A stretch of 64,000 nucleotides of DNA from a bacterium (GTDB taxonomy: Bacteria > SAR324 > JACQKK01): assembly GCA_965240465.1 (NCBI GenBank), contig OZ251219.1, forward strand, positions 1,056,001-1,120,000. Reading direction: 5' to 3'. The position numbers were made by a program, and so were the translations under genes. Below, piece after piece: positions 50,612-59,992 of this stretch. The notes under the pieces are model-generated. The model was not told the DNA's origin, did not search any database, and saw only the letters and a program-made list of their open reading frames with translations. Each line of letters starts with the position of its first letter. The first letter of the stretch is position 1.

Positions 50612-52960
50612 GTGTTTAAATCCGTGCTTAAGATTATTTGTTTTGTGAAGTGTCGTGTATATCACCTTACGGCTTTGATATGTTTTTCTGTGTTGCTTAA
50701 CGCTTGTGGGGGCGGGGGCGGCGTTTCTGAAGTTAATTTTGACAGAGATGGTGATGGAGTGCCCAACATTTATGATCTCTGCCCTGACTCACCGGGTTGG
50801 AAGACTGATCCTAATGCTGATACCAACCCTGACCGCGACGGCGACGGTTGCAGGAATGAGGAAGATGCTTTGCCCGACAATGGGCGTGAAAGTAAGGACA
50901 CAGACGAAGATGGAGTTGGTGATAATGCTGATGATTTCCCCATGGATCCAACTGAACAAGTGGACACTGATGAGGACGGAGTTGGTGATATGGCTGATCA
51001 ATGTGAAACAGGTGCCAAGAAATGGAGGAGCAATGGCTACACCGATCGCGACGGCGACGGCTGTAGAGATTATGACAAGAATGTCTACCAAGAAGTGATT
51101 GAAGATGTTTTTCCTGATGATCCTTCTGAGAACAAAGATTCTGATGGGGACGGAAAGGGAGATAATTCAGATGAATGTCCGGGTACCAACACAGACCCTG
51201 ATGAAGATGGTACCACAGACCTTGCTGATAAAAATGGTTGTAATGATAAAGATTATGCCATTAGGGATAAAGACTCTGACGGTGATGGCATGCCAGACAA
51301 ATCAGACGGTGATGACGACGGTGATGGAGTGGATGATGGCCCTGATGTAGATTCAGATGGAGATGGCTTGATTGAGATTTACAATGCGGAAATGTTGAAC
51401 AACATTCGCTACGATCTAAGGGGTACTAGCTACAAAACTAGTGAAACAGGCACAGCTGGTACCACTGGCTGTGGAGGATTAAATAGCATTAGTACCTGCA
51501 ATGGCTACGAGCTAGTCGCTGATATTGAACTGGCCCCAGTTGAGCAGGTTGGCAAGAGTGGTTGGCAACCCGTTGGGGTGTTCGTAGGTGTTTTTGAGGG
51601 AAATAACTTTACCATTAGCAACTTGGTTATCTCTCATAATGAAGAGCGTGTTGGTTTCTTTGCTACAGTGGGTACAGCAGGCGAAGTGAGAAATTTGAGA
51701 TTTAAGAGAGGCTATGTTGATGGAGGCAGTTATGTGGGTGCTTTAGCAGGCAGGGTTAGCGGAACCATTGACAATGTATCTGTTGACGGCATTTCAGTAG
51801 GTGGAACGACAGAAGTTGATTATGTGGGGGGTCTGGTGGGGTATAGTGAAAGTAGTAGTGTTATCAGAAACAGCCGGGTTTCCTGTTACAATTGTAGCGT
51901 CTTCCAGGCATCAATCTCGAGTTCTTACGGCAGTGACCATGTGGGTGGATTGGTGGGATACAACCTGGGTATTATAGAGGACAGCAATAATAATTGCCTT
52001 GAATGTGCCGTACATAGTGGCGAAGGTGATGACAATTTGGGGGGGCTGGTAGGATATAACTCGGGTGTCATTCGAGACAGCGAGTCTTATTGCTATTCAT
52101 GCACTTCATATTCCAAGCTTGTCGATATCGGAGGTGATAGCAATATAGGCGGATTGGTGGGACACAACATAGGTACTATTCAGAGCAGCTCCGCTGGGGG
52201 AAGAGTCAACGGAGTTGATGGTAATGACAATATGGGAGGGTTGGTAGGCTTGAACGGCGACGGCGGTAAAATTGAGAATAGCTATAGTGGTTTAGCTTAT
52301 GTCTATGGCGGTGGAAGAGATGCTTCTGGTGATAGGATTGGAGGCCTAGTGGGGATAAACTCCGGCGAAATATTAAACAGCTATTCCGTTCATGGTATAA
52401 AAGCTTCTGGCGGCAATGACGTTGTTGGAGGCCTAGTGGGACAAAACTGGTTTAGAGGAACTTATGGTACCATTAAATACAGCTATTCTACCGGCGATGT
52501 TGATGGTGGTAAATTGAACAGCAAAATAGACCCTTTCAGTGGGGATGAAGTTTGCACAGGTTCTTTTGCTAGACCTCAGATTGTGGGCGGACTGGTGGGA
52601 AGCAATAGCAATTCCTTTGGCTTTGTTGGTTCGACGGAGGGTACCATTATTGCCAGCTATTACAGTAACCAAGCCGCCGTTAGTGGCCTTGGAAAATGTG
52701 GAAAAAAGGGTAGTAGTGCTGGCACCGGAATCACCATAGGCCAACTGAAGGCCATTAATGCCGACAGTACCAAGGTGCATTTTGGTAATAATAAAAAATG
52801 GAGTGAAGATAACTGGGATTTTGGCTCCAATGCACAGTACCCATCCTTAAGATCGTGGCTACCCGATGATGAAAAAATCGATGATAAAAAAGGTAAAGTG
52901 ATTTGCGGGCAACCAGGAACTTTCCAACTACGACCCACCCGTGTGTTGTGTCCCAGTTAG
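50612..52960 (+). CDS. Lipoprotein with thrombospondin type-3-like Ca-binding repeats and GLUG repeats
   Basis: LLNAC lipobox; DxDGDG repeats; multiple (V/I/L/M)GGLVG-x-N repeats. Confidence 0.85.
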   Translation: MFKSVLKIICFVKCRVYHLTALICFSVLLNACGGGGGVSEVNFDRDGDGVPNIYDLCPDSPGWKTDPNADTNPDRDGDGCRNEEDALPDNGRESKDTDEDGVGDNADDFPMDPTEQVDTDEDGVGDMADQCETGAKKWRSNGYTDRDGDGCRDYDKNVYQEVIEDVFPDDPSENKDSDGDGKGDNSDECPGTNTDPDEDGTTDLADKNGCNDKDYAIRDKDSDGDGMPDKSDGDDDGDGVDDGPDVDSDGDGLIEIYNAEMLNNIRYDLRGTSYKTSETGTAGTTGCGGLNSISTCNGYELVADIELAPVEQVGKSGWQPVGVFVGVFEGNNFTISNLVISHNEERVGFFATVGTAGEVRNLRFKRGYVDGGSYVGALAGRVSGTIDNVSVDGISVGGTTEVDYVGGLVGYSESSSVIRNSRVSCYNCSVFQASISSSYGSDHVGGLVGYNLGIIEDSNNNCLECAVHSGEGDDNLGGLVGYNSGVIRDSESYCYSCTSYSKLVDIGGDSNIGGLVGHNIGTIQSSSAGGRVNGVDGNDNMGGLVGLNGDGGKIENSYSGLAYVYGGGRDASGDRIGGLVGINSGEILNSYSVHGIKASGGNDVVGGLVGQNWFRGTYGTIKYSYSTGDVDGGKLNSKIDPFSGDEVCTGSFARPQIVGGLVGSNSNSFGFVGSTEGTIIASYYSNQAAVSGLGKCGKKGSSAGTGITIGQLKAINADSTKVHFGNNKKWSEDNWDFGSNAQYPSLRSWLPDDEKIDDKKGKVICGQPGTFQLRPTRVLCPS

Positions 52961-53055
52961 TTGTCGTGCTAGACTGGTGAAGTGTTAACCTAGTGTTTTT
53001 ATGTGGTTGCAGTACATAAATCACGGTATTTTTTGTTTCTTTTGCGGGTAGGCTT

Positions 53056-53775
53056 ATGAAATATTTACCAAGATTGGTAGGGGTGTTATTGGTTGGTGGG
53101 TTGGTAGGCTGTTCTTCCTCAGGTGATAATAAGAGTAGTGCAAGTGCATGTGCGGGTGTTAAGGTAGCAAACGTGACCGGTGAGGCTACTTATACGGTGG
53201 AGTTTGTTTCCACTTGGAGTGCGGCTACTCATCCGGTTAACTTTCCAAGTGACCCTCATTTTTCGCCCTTGATTGGAGCCACTCACAAGGAAGGATTGGA
53301 TCTATTTAAGCTGGGTGAAATTGCTTCAGATGGAATAGAATTCATGGCTGAGACTGGCGGTAGAAGCAAGCTGGAAAGTGAGATTGCCTGCTTTAAGGTG
53401 GCTGGCAAAGTTGAGAATGTGATACTAGCTACAGGGGGTCGTACTGATGTTCCTGTAAAAAAATCAGTCACGTTTGAGATAAACAAGAGTCATTCTTATG
53501 TGTCCTTAGTCGCCATGCTAGCACCCAGCCCTGATTGGTTTGTGGGCATACATGATGAGAACCTATTGGACGCAAGTGGCGATTGGTTGACAGAGAAGGT
53601 ATTCCCCTTGCGTTTGTATGATGCTGGCACTGATGACGGTTTGACTTACAACTCAGCTAATGCTGAGACCCAACCCCGTGGGGTTATTACTAGATTGACC
53701 AGTGGTACCAACGACGCCAGCTTTGATGATGGCAATCCACCAGTGGGTACATTTACATTCAGATTACAACAGTAG
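53056..53775 (+). CDS. Spondin_N-domain lipoprotein
   Basis: LVGC lipobox; HFSPLIGATH, MAETG, MLAPSPDWFVG, YDAGTDDG. Confidence 0.88.
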   Translation: MKYLPRLVGVLLVGGLVGCSSSGDNKSSASACAGVKVANVTGEATYTVEFVSTWSAATHPVNFPSDPHFSPLIGATHKEGLDLFKLGEIASDGIEFMAETGGRSKLESEIACFKVAGKVENVILATGGRTDVPVKKSVTFEINKSHSYVSLVAMLAPSPDWFVGIHDENLLDASGDWLTEKVFPLRLYDAGTDDGLTYNSANAETQPRGVITRLTSGTNDASFDDGNPPVGTFTFRLQQ

Positions 53776-53837
53776 CTGGGGATAGGGAAGGGTTGGTAGA
53801 CGAGAGGGGGGTAGGGAATTTTGGTAGGGTTGTCCAT

Positions 53838-55853
53838 ATGGCTTTGGGGCGGTTGTTGTCTGTGGTAGATGCCCGCAAGCGATTGTGGGCGAGTATTTGT
53901 TTGGACCCTGTGGGTGAGGAGTGGGTTTCTCTGGAGGTGGCATGGGGACGGGTGTTATCGTGCAATGTTGTCAGTGGGATGAACATCCCGGGCTTTGACA
54001 GGAGCAATGTAGATGGATATGCAGTGCGGGCGGAAGACGCCAGCGGATCTCTTAGTCAGCCGATTGAATTGCAGTTAACGGGCGAAGTTTTAGATTGTGG
54101 GGTGCAGCCTAAGAAAGAGGTCAGCGGTGGGTTAGCGACTGAGATTGCCACTGGGGGAATCTTGCCCAAAGGGGCAGATGCCGTAGTGATGCTGGAGTAC
54201 ACACGTTGCGAGCGAGGTTTGTTATTGGTGGAGCGTTCGGTTACTGCGGGCGAGGGATTTACTCATACGGGGAGCGATTTGGCGTGCGGAGAGACGGCGT
54301 TGGATCGTCAAGTGGTGGTGACGGCAAGGGAGACTGCAGTGTTGTCAGCCTTGGGGATGGATAAGGTGTTGGTGTATAAAAGGCCAAAGGTGGCTATTTT
54401 GTCAACGGGTAATGAGTTAAGTGTGCCGGGGAAGCCTTTGACGGCGGGGAGGGTTTATGATTCCAATGGCTATATGCTGGCTGATGCAGTTCGTGAGCAG
54501 GGCGGTGAACCAGTGTTCATGGGTATTTTTCCAGATGATGAAGCTCAGCTGGAAGCAGGTTTGCGACAAGCTTTGGCAGAGTGTGATTTGGTTCTACTTT
54601 CGGGTGGAAGTAGCAAGGGGAAGGAGGATATTAATCATCAGGTAGTTGCTAAGTTAAAGCCCGGCATTTTTGTGCATGGAGTTACCTTAAAACCGGGCAG
54701 ACCCTTGTGTCTAGCAGCAGCAGAACAGAAACTGGTGGCTATTTTGCCGGGTTTTCCGTCTTCGGCAGCTTTTACCTTTTATTTAATGATAGCCCCAGTA
54801 CTAAGAAAACTAACGGGCAGACTTCTCAAGTATCCAGAATTTGAGCCTGATGTTGACATTCCCATTGCTACTAACAGCAAGAAGGAAGCCTCTTCTTTGG
54901 GTGATGAACATTCCTCAGTGGCATACTCTACTTTTAACTCTGCAGAACGGGTGAGAGCTACCTTGCCTATGGGTATGAAATCGGCATCGGGACGCACCGA
55001 ATTTACGCTGGTATATCTGACTGAAGGTCGTAGTGGTTTGAATGCTTGGCCTTTGGATAAGGGTTCAGGCTCGGTGTCAGCATTTAGTCGTGCAGATGGG
55101 TTTATAGTGACACCCCAGCAGCAACAATGGCTTGAGGTCGGTAGCAATGTAGAGGTTCATTTGCTTAACAAGGAGCATGCCAGTGCCGACTTAGTGGTGA
55201 TTGGTAGTCACTGTTTGGTCTTGGATAAATTACTGGCATTATTCAGCGAGCAAGGCTGGGGAACAAGATACATTCCAATCGGTAGCGAGAAAGGATTGCA
55301 AGCGGCTCAGCGAGGTGAATGCGATTTGGCTGCCTACAACACGTTGCATGAGACATCGGAATCTTACAAGGCTCCCTTTCTTACCCCAGACCTACACTTA
55401 GTGAAAGCCTATCAACGACAACAATCTTTCATCTTTAGAAAAGATGACCCCCACTTTGTTAATAAAACCTTGTCACAAGCCTTACACACTGCCACTTCTA
55501 AGCCTGAAATCATCATGGTTAACCGAAACCGTAGCAGTACCACCAGAACTCTCATCAACAGCTTGATCGGGAAACAAAAACCCCGCGGTTTCTTACACGA
55601 GGCACAATCGCAACAAGCCGTGGTAGCTGCCATCTTGCAAGGTCGTGCCGATTGGGGTATAGCCACTACTGTTGCGACGGTATCCTTGCCTTTGGAGTCC
55701 ATCCCGATCACCGCAGATGATTTTAATCTAATCATCCCCAAAGACCGACTGACAAAACTGGCCGTGCAAGCATTTTTGGCATTGCTTCCCAAGCATCATC
55801 AAGATCTCGTAGAATTGAATGTCAAACCCTACTCAACTCCCAAGCCATCCTGA
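53838..55853 (+). CDS. moeA: Molybdopterin molybdotransferase MoeA fused to a C-terminal PBP domain (ATG 53838 assumed)
   Basis: FDRSNVDGYAV, IATGG, STGNEL, SGGSSKG, LPGFP, IGSHC, NRN. Confidence 0.88.
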   Translation: MALGRLLSVVDARKRLWASICLDPVGEEWVSLEVAWGRVLSCNVVSGMNIPGFDRSNVDGYAVRAEDASGSLSQPIELQLTGEVLDCGVQPKKEVSGGLATEIATGGILPKGADAVVMLEYTRCERGLLLVERSVTAGEGFTHTGSDLACGETALDRQVVVTARETAVLSALGMDKVLVYKRPKVAILSTGNELSVPGKPLTAGRVYDSNGYMLADAVREQGGEPVFMGIFPDDEAQLEAGLRQALAECDLVLLSGGSSKGKEDINHQVVAKLKPGIFVHGVTLKPGRPLCLAAAEQKLVAILPGFPSSAAFTFYLMIAPVLRKLTGRLLKYPEFEPDVDIPIATNSKKEASSLGDEHSSVAYSTFNSAERVRATLPMGMKSASGRTEFTLVYLTEGRSGLNAWPLDKGSGSVSAFSRADGFIVTPQQQQWLEVGSNVEVHLLNKEHASADLVVIGSHCLVLDKLLALFSEQGWGTRYIPIGSEKGLQAAQRGECDLAAYNTLHETSESYKAPFLTPDLHLVKAYQRQQSFIFRKDDPHFVNKTLSQALHTATSKPEIIMVNRNRSSTTRTLINSLIGKQKPRGFLHEAQSQQAVVAAILQGRADWGIATTVATVSLPLESIPITADDFNLIIPKDRLTKLAVQAFLALLPKHHQDLVELNVKPYSTPKPS

Positions 55854-56709
55854 AACAGATTTATGCAAAAAAATGACTATTTTAGAAGCAACAATTTCCC
55901 AGTCCGCGATCAATAATCCCGCAGTATCCAAGCCAGTTACAACTTGGGCTGTTATTCCTGCTCGCAGTCAGTCAGTTAGATTTCCGGGCAAGCCGTTGGC
56001 GTCCATACTGGGTAAGCCAATGATAGAACATGTCTGGCAGCGTACTCAGGCATCCCCTGAGGTTAACAGAACCTTTATTGCTACTGATGATGAAGACATC
56101 GCCAAGGCGGCACGGGGATTTAAGGCTGAGGTGGTTATGACAGGCACTTGTGAAACTGGCGGAGAAAGGGTTGCTGAGGCAATACACATTTTGACATCCT
56201 CTCTGAAGTCTGGGCGTTCTCCTGATTGGGTACTTAATGTTCAAGGCGATGAGCCTACCATCAATCCTCAAGACCTCTCTACCCTAGTCAAGGGCATGAA
56301 CCAAGCCCGCAATCAATCTGCCAGACTAGGAACGCTTATTTACCCTATTACCGAACAGCAAGTTCTAGATAATCCCCACGTGGTAAAAGTTGTTATCAAC
56401 CAACAGCAGCAGGCACTCTATTTTTCTCGTGCTCCTATCCCACATGTACCAGCACATGCCCAATCTGAAACTGGAACCCAACTACAGTCTTGCTGGCAGC
56501 ATATCGGGGTTTATTGTTTCAAAACCTCTTTTTTGGAAACATTTGCTACTCTGCCAAACACTCCGCTTTCACAACAAGAACAATTAGAACAACTACGGGT
56601 GCTTGAACATGGGATCCCGATATTTTGCTTCCCCGCCCAAACACTATCAATTGGTGTAGATGCTCCTGCAGACATTGCCAAAGCCGAGAAAGCACTTTTA
56701 AGTAGTTAG
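55819..56709 (+). CDS. kdsB: CMP-KDO synthetase (start uncertain)
   Basis: IPAR-x2-S-x-RFPGKPL, NVQGDEP, ALYFSRAPIP, HIGVY, EQLEQLR. Confidence 0.93.
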   Translation: MSNPTQLPSHPETDLCKKMTILEATISQSAINNPAVSKPVTTWAVIPARSQSVRFPGKPLASILGKPMIEHVWQRTQASPEVNRTFIATDDEDIAKAARGFKAEVVMTGTCETGGERVAEAIHILTSSLKSGRSPDWVLNVQGDEPTINPQDLSTLVKGMNQARNQSARLGTLIYPITEQQVLDNPHVVKVVINQQQQALYFSRAPIPHVPAHAQSETGTQLQSCWQHIGVYCFKTSFLETFATLPNTPLSQQEQLEQLRVLEHGIPIFCFPAQTLSIGVDAPADIAKAEKALLSS

Positions 56710-56741
56710 CCGTGTGTCGGGTGGCAGTGTCATGCGGTAGC

Positions 56742-57770
56742 TTAACTGCCTGCTACAAGGGGAAACCGTTTGTATTGAGCGACATGCTGAGAAAGGGTTT
56801 GTATCAGTTGTGCGATGTTTTCTCCTGAGAGTGCTGAAATGGCTAGGGTTTCAACATTGGTTAGTTGACGGAGATATTGGAGGCTTTTTTTAATTTGCTG
56901 AGGTAATATAAGGTCTATTTTAGTTAAGGCTACCAGTCGTGTTTTTTTGGCTAGGGAGGGATTGAATTGTTGGAGTTCTTGATTGAGGGTCAGCCAATTT
57001 TTCTTGAGTTGCCCTAGGGGAGCTTGTTCCAGCATAAATAGTAGGATGCCAGAGCGTTCTATGTGCTTGAGGAATTGTGTTCCCAGACCACTTCCCTGAT
57101 GTGCCCCTTGGATAATACCAGGGATATCTGCTACGACGAAGCTGTCAATTTGATCTGCATAGCTGGCTGGGACAACCCCCAAGTTAGGAATGAGAGTGGT
57201 AAAGGGGTAGTCGGCAATCTTGGGGCTAGCTCTAGATATGCGACTTATGAGGGTTGATTTACCTGCATTGGGCAAGCCGACCAATCCTATATCGGCTAGT
57301 AGTTTTAGCTCCAGACTAATATCTAAGGACTGCCCAGCTTGCCCAAGGCTCGCATGCATGGGAGTACGATTAACCGAAGTTTTCATGCGAGCATTTCCCT
57401 TGCCTCCTTCTCCGCCTTCCAAACACAATTGCGGGTTTTCATCTAGGATTTCCAGCAACAAGGTGCCTTCATCTGCCCGACGAATAATTGTTCCCAGAGG
57501 AGCTTCTAGTCGCAAAGATTTTCCTTTGGCCCCGTGTTTTTTTTTGCCCAGGCCGCGTTTGCCGTCTCCAGCCCGATAACGCTGGTGATTGTGAAAATCC
57601 AACAGGCTGTGTTTGGTCAGTACTCCTTGTATCCAGACACTTCCTCCTTGTCCGCCATCGCCACCATCGGGACCGCCCCTAGGAACAAATTTTTCCCGCC
57701 GAAAGGAAACACACCCATCACCTCCCTTGCCTGAGGTTATTTCAATGACTGTTTCATCTACAAAACGCAT
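56742..57770 (-). CDS. obgE: GTPase ObgE/CgtA
   Basis: FRREKFVPRGGPDGGDGG, GLPNAGKS, YPFTT, DIPG, TKID. Confidence 0.97.
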   Translation of the reverse strand: MRFVDETVIEITSGKGGDGCVSFRREKFVPRGGPDGGDGGQGGSVWIQGVLTKHSLLDFHNHQRYRAGDGKRGLGKKKHGAKGKSLRLEAPLGTIIRRADEGTLLLEILDENPQLCLEGGEGGKGNARMKTSVNRTPMHASLGQAGQSLDISLELKLLADIGLVGLPNAGKSTLISRISRASPKIADYPFTTLIPNLGVVPASYADQIDSFVVADIPGIIQGAHQGSGLGTQFLKHIERSGILLFMLEQAPLGQLKKNWLTLNQELQQFNPSLAKKTRLVALTKIDLILPQQIKKSLQYLRQLTNVETLAISALSGENIAQLIQTLSQHVAQYKRFPLVAGS

Positions 57771-57981
57771 TTTTTACCAGTGGTTCTGTTGGAGTTTTTC
57801 ATTTATCAGCTGGCAAGCAAATTTATTAGCAGCTAACCTTACCTGATTATTTGCTGTGCTGCTCTGAGACGAATAATTCCACGCTAGTTTTTACATGTTG
57901 ACATATTACTTGGATGAACATACAACCTAAGATGGGGTATGCGAGGAAAAGGGCTGGTAACCGTGATAAAAATGGTAATTC

Positions 57982-58770
57982 ATGATTGATTTCAAGGGCA
58001 AGCGAGGATTGGTGTTGGGGATAGCCAATCAGCGTAGCATTGCTTATGCGGTAGCTAGAGGTTTGAGTGATAGCGGAGCGGATTTGGCATTGACGTACGC
58101 TCCGGATACTAAGGGTCGTTTTGAGAAGTTTGTGCGAGGTTTGCAGGATAAATTGACGGTTTCAGCGGTGTTACCCTTAGATGTTAGAGAGGACAAGCAG
58201 TGGGAGGATTTGTTTGGAGATTTAGATAAGGTTTGGTCTGAGGGTTTTGATTTTGTTTTGCATTCGGTTGCTTATGCAGAGCGTGATGATTTAGAGAAGG
58301 GTTTTTCAAGTACCTCGCGTGAGGGATGGATGATAGCCCAAGATGTGAGTGCGTATTCATTGTTGCCATTATCGCGATTGGCAACCGAAAGGATGAAGGG
58401 TCGTCAGGGGGGTGGATCGTTGGTGAGCATGTCTTTTATTGGGGCTCTACTGGCGGTTCCCAATTATAATGTGATGGGTCCAGCCAAAGCCGCTTTGGAA
58501 GCGGCTACCCGATATTTAGCACGTCAATATGGCACGGAGAACATCCGTTTTAATTGTGTTTCTGCTGGGGCTTTGCGGACGTTGTCATCAATGGGGGTGA
58601 ATAATTTTAGCGAGATGCTCCAAATTGCTGGTGACCATTCTGCTTTGGAGCGTAATATATTGGTAGGGGAGATAGCTAATGCTGCACTCTTTCTACTCAG
58701 CGATATTTCTTCTGGTGTTACAGGCCAAACTCTTTATGTGGACGGCGGCTTTAACGTAATGGCTAACTAA
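57982..58770 (+). CDS. fabI: Enoyl-ACP reductase
   Basis: GIANQRSIA, SAYSL, YNVMGPAKAALE, TGQTLYVDGG. Confidence 0.95.
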   Translation: MIDFKGKRGLVLGIANQRSIAYAVARGLSDSGADLALTYAPDTKGRFEKFVRGLQDKLTVSAVLPLDVREDKQWEDLFGDLDKVWSEGFDFVLHSVAYAERDDLEKGFSSTSREGWMIAQDVSAYSLLPLSRLATERMKGRQGGGSLVSMSFIGALLAVPNYNVMGPAKAALEAATRYLARQYGTENIRFNCVSAGALRTLSSMGVNNFSEMLQIAGDHSALERNILVGEIANAALFLLSDISSGVTGQTLYVDGGFNVMAN

Positions 58771-58786
58771 AACGGGAAGTTCCCCC

Positions 58787-59224
58787 ATGGGAACGAGCAA
58801 ATCAGACCACCAACTACCAGCATTTGACAGCCCTGCAGTAATTCGTACTGACTGGTTGGAGACGTTTGAATATCAGGGGCCACGCCAAAAAATTCAGTAC
58901 TGCAGTAAGGAGTTCTCTGCGGTTTGCCCTTATTCTGGGCTACCAGATGTTGCCGAGCTAAGTATTCATTACATTCCCTCTAAGCTTGTGTTGGAATTAA
59001 AATCTCTCAAGTACTACCTTGTTTCCTTTCGTAATGTGGGAATATTCCAAGAGCCAGCCACTGCCAGAATTTATGAAGACATGTTTGCTCTGTTAAAGCC
59101 TCAACGGCTTTTGGTTAAAACCCGCTACAATACCAGAGGAGGTATTGATGCACTCTGTGAAATATGCTCTGAACAGCAAGCCAATCCATCCCCTGCCAGT
59201 GAGACCATAAGCCATGGCCGATAA
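58787..59224 (+). CDS. queF: preQ0 reductase QueF (type I)
   Basis: EFSAVCPYSGLPD, ELKSLKYY, RGGI. Confidence 0.93.
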   Translation: MGTSKSDHQLPAFDSPAVIRTDWLETFEYQGPRQKIQYCSKEFSAVCPYSGLPDVAELSIHYIPSKLVLELKSLKYYLVSFRNVGIFQEPATARIYEDMFALLKPQRLLVKTRYNTRGGIDALCEICSEQQANPSPASETISHGR

Positions 59225-59954
59225 TAAAATTAGCGTGTGGGTCAATGGAGCTAAGGGCAAAATGGGACGTCAAGTTACCCAAGCTGTGCAGGCTACCCCA
59301 GATCTCGTACTATCAGGGCAAAGCGATAAGGATGACAATCTCACCGAGTGTTTATCCCAAGCACAACCGGATGTTTGTGTTGATTTTACTCACCCTGAGG
59401 TAGTCTACAAAAATGCTAGTACCATCATTGCCGCGGGTGTAAGTCCGATCATCGGCACTACGGGGCTTAAAGAATCCGAGGTTAAAGCCTTAGCTGCTGA
59501 AACCCAGGACCAGCAAGGAGGCCTAATCGCCCCTAATTTTGCTATCGGGGCAATACTAATGATGCGTTTTGCTGCAGAAGCAGCTAAATTTTTTTCTTAT
59601 GCCGAAATTGTAGAGATCCATCATGATGGCAAAGCAGATGCCCCCTCGGGCACAGCTATTAGTACCGCAGCGGGTATTCAGAAAAACCGACCTAATCCTC
59701 CGAGCTTGAAAACCATTTCACAAGAGCTTTATCAAGGTGCTCTGGGTGCTAAGGTACATGGTACTACCATCCATGCCTTGCGTTTGCCCGGTTTTATTGC
59801 CAACCAAGAGGTTATCTTAAGCCAAGCGGGCGAGAATTTAAGGATATCACATCAAGTAATCCACCGAGAATGCTTCATGCCGGGGGTGATTCTTGCCTGC
59901 CGTAAGGTGCCGTCATTAACGAAGCTGCATTATGGTCTGGAGAGCATTATTTAG
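59214..59954 (+). CDS. dapB: 4-hydroxy-tetrahydrodipicolinate reductase
   Basis: GAKGKMG, DFTHP, GTTG, APNFAIG, EIHHDGKADAPSGTA. Confidence 0.95.
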   Translation: MADNKISVWVNGAKGKMGRQVTQAVQATPDLVLSGQSDKDDNLTECLSQAQPDVCVDFTHPEVVYKNASTIIAAGVSPIIGTTGLKESEVKALAAETQDQQGGLIAPNFAIGAILMMRFAAEAAKFFSYAEIVEIHHDGKADAPSGTAISTAAGIQKNRPNPPSLKTISQELYQGALGAKVHGTTIHALRLPGFIANQEVILSQAGENLRISHQVIHRECFMPGVILACRKVPSLTKLHYGLESII

Positions 59955-59992
59955 CTTTGATAAGGTGATTGTTGTTGGGGGATTTGCCGATC

